From Syntrophales bacterium (GTDB lineage: Bacteria; Desulfobacterota; Syntrophia; Syntrophales; UBA2210), in NCBI GenBank assembly GCA_963662405.2, contig CAXXKT010000001.1, positions 2,304,001-2,368,000 of the forward strand: DNA of 64,000 bases, in the 5' to 3' direction. Numbering within the stretch: position 1 is the first letter of the stretch; each line of letters opens with the position of its first letter. Shown here piece after piece: positions 60,150 through 64,000 of this stretch. The notes beneath the pieces are model-generated. The model was given only the letters and a program-made list of their open reading frames with translations, was not told the DNA's origin and did not search any database. The translations under genes were made by a program, and so were the position numbers.

Positions 60150-60758
60150 ATGGCAACAAATAAAGTTCAGCCGGGAGAGGTCCTCAGGCTGTATGTGGGG
60201 ACGGGCAAGGAGGCGGGTGATCCCGTGGCGGTCGGGGCACATCGGGGGGTCTGTCTCACTGATGCCGACTCCACCGGGTACGCGCAGGTTGACACGACCG
60301 GGGTGTGGGATCTTTCGGTAACGCCCCAGGATCAGGACGGGGCCAGTGCGGTCTCCGTTGGAGACAAACTGTATTATCACTCCGGGGACGGGTCCATCGA
60401 CAAGAACGGCAAGACGGGCGTGCTCATCGGCACGGCAAATGAGGCAATCGCCGCGTCTCCCCTTGAGGCGGCCACGATCAACGTCAAGCTCGCGGGCGGA
60501 GTCGGGCTTGATCAGGTCAAGGGTGTCATTTTGGCGGCTGGTAATGCAGAGACAACCGAAGGGGAGACCTCCGTTGAGGTCGAGATCTCCGGGGTGGTGG
60601 CCACCGATGTGGTAAATGCGGGTTTTCGGGTCAACGGTAACAGTCCCACCCTCAATGTCGTTTCGGCCATAGCGAGCGAGGACACCATCACCGTGACTGT
60701 TGACGGTACGTTCGCCGATGGAGATGAGATCAGCTACCTAGTTATCCGGCCCGCGTAG
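60150..60758 (+). CDS. DUF2190-like capsid cement/decoration protein with extra C-terminal beta-rich domain
   Basis: MATNKVQPG, TTGVWDL, VGDKLY; follows the capsid gene. Confidence 0.75.
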   Translation: MATNKVQPGEVLRLYVGTGKEAGDPVAVGAHRGVCLTDADSTGYAQVDTTGVWDLSVTPQDQDGASAVSVGDKLYYHSGDGSIDKNGKTGVLIGTANEAIAASPLEAATINVKLAGGVGLDQVKGVILAAGNAETTEGETSVEVEISGVVATDVVNAGFRVNGNSPTLNVVSAIASEDTITVTVDGTFADGDEISYLVIRPA

Positions 60759-60832
60759 TCTGCAGGCGTGAAACCTGTACGGCGGCGGGTCGATGATTCG
60801 CCGCCGTTTCAACATGACAAGGGGAATCAAGT

Positions 60833-61165
60833 ATGAGGGACGCCTTTCTCGCGGCGGCTTCCAAGTTCTTGGATAGAGAGGGGGAGCCCGCAACCTTCAA
60901 CCCCGCTTCAGGAGATCCAATCCCCTGCAAAGTGTTCATTGATTTTGATGTGCTGTTGCAACCCGCATCTATGGATGCACAGGCATGGGCCAAGGGGACG
61001 CAGATTGAGGCCGGTCTCTCGTCCGGGGATGACATCGGGATCGGCCGGATGCCTGAATATGGGGAGACGTTCACGGTCTGGCCGGGAGATCCGCTGGAGC
61101 AGACCTACTCAGTGAAAGAGATCCTTCAGAACGACGGGATAACGGTCAAGGTGGTGGTCGTGTAA
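60833..61165 (+). CDS. head-tail joining protein (gpFII-like)
   Basis: Synteny and size. Confidence 0.6.
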   Translation: MRDAFLAAASKFLDREGEPATFNPASGDPIPCKVFIDFDVLLQPASMDAQAWAKGTQIEAGLSSGDDIGIGRMPEYGETFTVWPGDPLEQTYSVKEILQNDGITVKVVVV

Positions 61166-61755
61166 TGGCAACAATAGAGGTCAATCAGGTACAGCTCGCG
61201 GCTGCAGAGTTGGCGGTCAAAACGGCCGGTGGGTGCGCCCAAAAGGTCGTGTACCGGGCCATGAAAAAGACCCTGGACGGTGTCAAGACGGATGCCAAGA
61301 ACGAGGTCGGTAAAATCCTGAACACCAAAAAGGTCGGGACTATCACCAAGCCGATGAAGGTCAAGGCCGGATCGATGCGGGCGATGAATGGGAAATTCAT
61401 ATGCAGCGACAAACCGTTGTATCTGGCCGATTTCAAACACAAGCCCACAAAGCCTGTCAAAAGAAAACCGGCCGGGGGTGTGTTGGTAACGATCAGGAAA
61501 GATGAACCGGGGAAGAGAATCCCCGGAACCTTCGTAGCAATCACCGGCGGCGGATATAAGGGGGTCTTTTGGCGGGCAAAACAAGGGGGGAAAATTGCTG
61601 CGAGGCGGCCTGTTTGGGCTCCATTCGGCCCTCGCGTAACAGACTATTTGCAGGACAAGGGGCCGATACTCCCAAAGGTTATGAAGTTGGGTAGCGAACG
61701 ATTCCAAAAGAACATCAAACACGAAGTCGAATGGGAACTGAGTCAGTTGAGGTAG
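61165..61755 (+). CDS. minor tail protein (gpZ-like)
   Basis: Basic 196-aa protein, GVFWR, GPRV; synteny. Confidence 0.65.
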   Translation: MATIEVNQVQLAAAELAVKTAGGCAQKVVYRAMKKTLDGVKTDAKNEVGKILNTKKVGTITKPMKVKAGSMRAMNGKFICSDKPLYLADFKHKPTKPVKRKPAGGVLVTIRKDEPGKRIPGTFVAITGGGYKGVFWRAKQGGKIAARRPVWAPFGPRVTDYLQDKGPILPKVMKLGSERFQKNIKHEVEWELSQLR

Positions 61756-61759
61756 GCGC

Positions 61760-62227
61760 ATGGATCTTACTATCAGGGAACGCATTATCAGGCAATTCAT
61801 AGCACGGGCGGCCGTGATTCTGTCGTCCGGCTCTCCTCAGGTGTACGCAAATAACCTGGGGGAAAGGGTCATACGATCAAGACGAAAAGTGTCCCCCAAT
61901 GAGGCGCCCTGCATCTTTGTTTTTCCGTTTGAGGAATCGGCCGAGTTTACGCATGGTGCGGTGTGTCACACAATGCCGATAAAAGTTACAGGGTTTGTGC
62001 GCATGTCTCGGGATGACGATGAATCTGTCATATCGGAAAGTATCCTGGGTGATTTGATCAGGTGTTTTGAGGATCATGCGTGGACCTCTTCCATACTTGC
62101 TGAATCTGTCTTGTATGCAGAGGGTGGCGAAGATGAAGACCCGGACGGGGGCAGCACGATTGCCGGAGCAGCGGCGGTCTTCCACGTTAAATACTGGACA
62201 GTCAAAGGAGATCCTTACTCGCAATGA
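61760..62227 (+). CDS. tail terminator (gpU-like)
   Basis: TIRERI...PCIFV...FHVKY; synteny. Confidence 0.6.
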   Translation: MDLTIRERIIRQFIARAAVILSSGSPQVYANNLGERVIRSRRKVSPNEAPCIFVFPFEESAEFTHGAVCHTMPIKVTGFVRMSRDDDESVISESILGDLIRCFEDHAWTSSILAESVLYAEGGEDEDPDGGSTIAGAAAVFHVKYWTVKGDPYSQ

Positions 62228-62757
62228 AACGAATCCTCATCATAACGGGATCGGCCCCGTGCGTGACGGATGATCTGGCCGTCTTGATCCGGGATGTGCT
62301 TATCCCGGCGGACGTTGATGCTGACTACATGGCCATAGGGCTTGATGCCGTTGACAAGCATAAAAGCCGTATTGAGTACGTGGCGACATTTCACCCGGTC
62401 GATATCCCCGGAATACACGAACGGCGCAGGGCGTCGGGTGGAAACGAAGATTTTCAGATTATCAGTCACTGGCGAACCCCGGGTGTCGATATCCTTGTCC
62501 CGGACTTTTGGAAACCGACCGGCTCCTCCTCTCTCCTTGGCGTACAGGCGGCACTGACAATCATGGACTACCAACGGGTGATCCTGTGCGGCTGCCCCCT
62601 GGACGGAAAGAACGCTGACGGATCGAGCTATGCCACGTTCCGCGAAGGGTGGAAGAAACGCGGGAAAGAGGTCAAGGGGCGGGTGAAATCAATGTCAGGT
62701 TGGACACTGGAATTTCTCGGAGCCGCCACAATCGAATGGATCGGAGAGGATAGATAA
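62224..62757 (+). CDS. DUF115/Maf/sialyltransferase-fold-like protein
   Basis: IITGSAP, GSSSLLGV, VILCGCPLD. Confidence 0.55.
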   Translation: MKRILIITGSAPCVTDDLAVLIRDVLIPADVDADYMAIGLDAVDKHKSRIEYVATFHPVDIPGIHERRRASGGNEDFQIISHWRTPGVDILVPDFWKPTGSSSLLGVQAALTIMDYQRVILCGCPLDGKNADGSSYATFREGWKKRGKEVKGRVKSMSGWTLEFLGAATIEWIGEDR

Positions 62758-62758
62758 C

Positions 62759-63031
62759 GTGGAAGTAGATAAAGACAAAAATATTTGCGGGCTCCACGGG
62801 CAGGTGGAGTCTTCGATATTGCGGGCCATGTCCGCGATCGAGAGGGATCAAGATATCCCGGATGCGGCAAAGCAACGGGTCAACCGTATCCTGAAGGAGG
62901 GTGCTGAAAAGGTGCGTATGGCCCTGGTACGCGGTCAGGCCATGGAGAGGAAACTTGTGGAGTACCGGCGGGCCATAGAGCGGTGCGGCTACAGGCGCGA
63001 AAAGGACGGAGTTATCCAACCGAAACAATAG
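62759..63031 (+). CDS. hypothetical helical protein
   Basis: Co-oriented ORF with SD GGAG/GAGG. Confidence 0.6.
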   Translation: MEVDKDKNICGLHGQVESSILRAMSAIERDQDIPDAAKQRVNRILKEGAEKVRMALVRGQAMERKLVEYRRAIERCGYRREKDGVIQPKQ

Positions 63032-63041
63032 GAGGGAATGG

Positions 63042-64000
63042 GTGAAAATATCTGAGCTCAAAGGCAAGTATGCAGGGCAAAACTGCTACATCATAGGAAG
63101 GGGACCCTCATTGCTGAATATCGAACGGGACATGATCGGGCCGGGACTCGTTATCGTCATCAATGAGGCCATTCAGAATGTTTGTGCTCTGGATCTTCCA
63201 AACGATATTTATAACCAGTGGCGAAACGGAGACGTGCCGCCTGACACCCTGGACTATCTGAGGGACACGGACACCCTGATTCTCTGCGACAATCCCGTCT
63301 TGGGGGACCCTCCATCATCGACGCTGTTCATGGGCTACCCGAACCGATACACCTTCGAGTGTGCGCATGACCTCGGAAAAGTGCCGGCGACCATGTTCAG
63401 TCACGCGGCCGCCTTTGAAATCGCATATCAGATTTTGGGGTGCCGGAACTTTATCATGATGGGGTTCGATTCCTTCCGGGGCGAGGACCGCACCGTCCTC
63501 AAAGATGGGTTTGTACCGTCGGAGTTGAGGCCGGGTGATTACGCGGAGCAAATACAGGTTATGGGACGGCTCATAGATGCGAAACCGGATGTGACCGTGA
63601 AATGGTTTTTCCCGGATGGAGATGTTTCTTCTGTCAAAGGATCATCCGTCACGGTTATCACCTGTACCGGGGACCGGCCGGAAGCTTTCGCGTTGTGCCG
63701 GAAATGGATTGAGCACCAAACCGTTCAGTCTTTCCAGTGGATCGTGGTGGACGATGGGAAAACCAAGATGAAGGGTATCCCGGACAACTGCGACTATGTC
63801 AGGCGTGCCCCGAAAAAGAACGACCCGAAGCATACCCTTTTGCTCAACCTGAAGGAAGGATTGAAGCGGGTCAAGGGCGATCGAGTTTTGTTTTTCGAAG
63901 ACGATGAGTATTACGCGCCCGGATACATAGAGGCAATGTGTAACCGGCTTTGGGATTACGAAGTCGTGGGGATAGGGCGGAGTAAATACTACCATCTGCG
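63042..64000 (+). CDS. DUF115/Maf-like domain fused to a GT2 glycosyltransferase (runs off the window; not in the ORF track)
   Basis: GTG 63042 after SD GGAGG, open to the end. LKGKYAGQNCYIIGRGPSL...IVINEA...MMGFDS, then VTVITCTGDR...WIVVDDG...LFFEDDEYYAP. Confidence 0.8.
   Translation, partial: MKISELKGKYAGQNCYIIGRGPSLLNIERDMIGPGLVIVINEAIQNVCALDLPNDIYNQWRNGDVPPDTLDYLRDTDTLILCDNPVLGDPPSSTLFMGYPNRYTFECAHDLGKVPATMFSHAAAFEIAYQILGCRNFIMMGFDSFRGEDRTVLKDGFVPSELRPGDYAEQIQVMGRLIDAKPDVTVKWFFPDGDVSSVKGSSVTVITCTGDRPEAFALCRKWIEHQTVQSFQWIVVDDGKTKMKGIPDNCDYVRRAPKKNDPKHTLLLNLKEGLKRVKGDRVLFFEDDEYYAPGYIEAMCNRLWDYEVVGIGRSKYYHL

Larger units (their letters stand above)
31649..64000. mobile_element. lambda-like prophage plus att-proximal cargo region, probably integrated at tRNA-Met; continues past the window
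   Basis: Abrupt drop in GC after the tRNA; integrase, cI/cro, primase, terminase GpA, portal and capsid genes; the partner att site is not in the window. Confidence 0.85.

Overview
The window has two parts. (1) 1-31.5 kb is host chromosome, all on the + strand, with gene content typical of an anaerobic, probably syntrophic deltaproteobacterium (taxon inferred from gene content only). It holds a beta-oxidation/glutaryl-CoA cluster, a B12 methylmalonyl-CoA module, a Na+-pumping glutaconyl-CoA decarboxylase, cmk, a Mrp-type antiporter cluster with two-component and USP genes, nfo, an FG-GAP protein and tRNA-Met(CAT) at 31572-31648. (2) From the tRNA to the window end is horizontally acquired DNA. 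An ~11 kb, partly AT-rich cargo region carries a ParB/HEPN-like gene plus D12 methyltransferase, a membrane-fused HAD nucleotidase, an integrase remnant, an IS3 element inside an attC-like site, mazEF, an HD-GYP protein and a CBS histidine kinase. A lambda-like prophage follows, with integrase, cI/cro switch, primase-helicase, iteron origin, cos-like site, ParB-methylase, terminase, portal, protease-capsid fusion and head-tail genes. The most notable signals are: a conserved promoter-leader-terminator module repeated before three unrelated cargo operons; glycosyltransferase-like genes inside the virion module, one absent from the ORF track; a hidden integron attC site in front of mazEF; and a candidate membrane-anchored nucleotidase defence gene. 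All functional calls come from motif recognition; no database searches were run.
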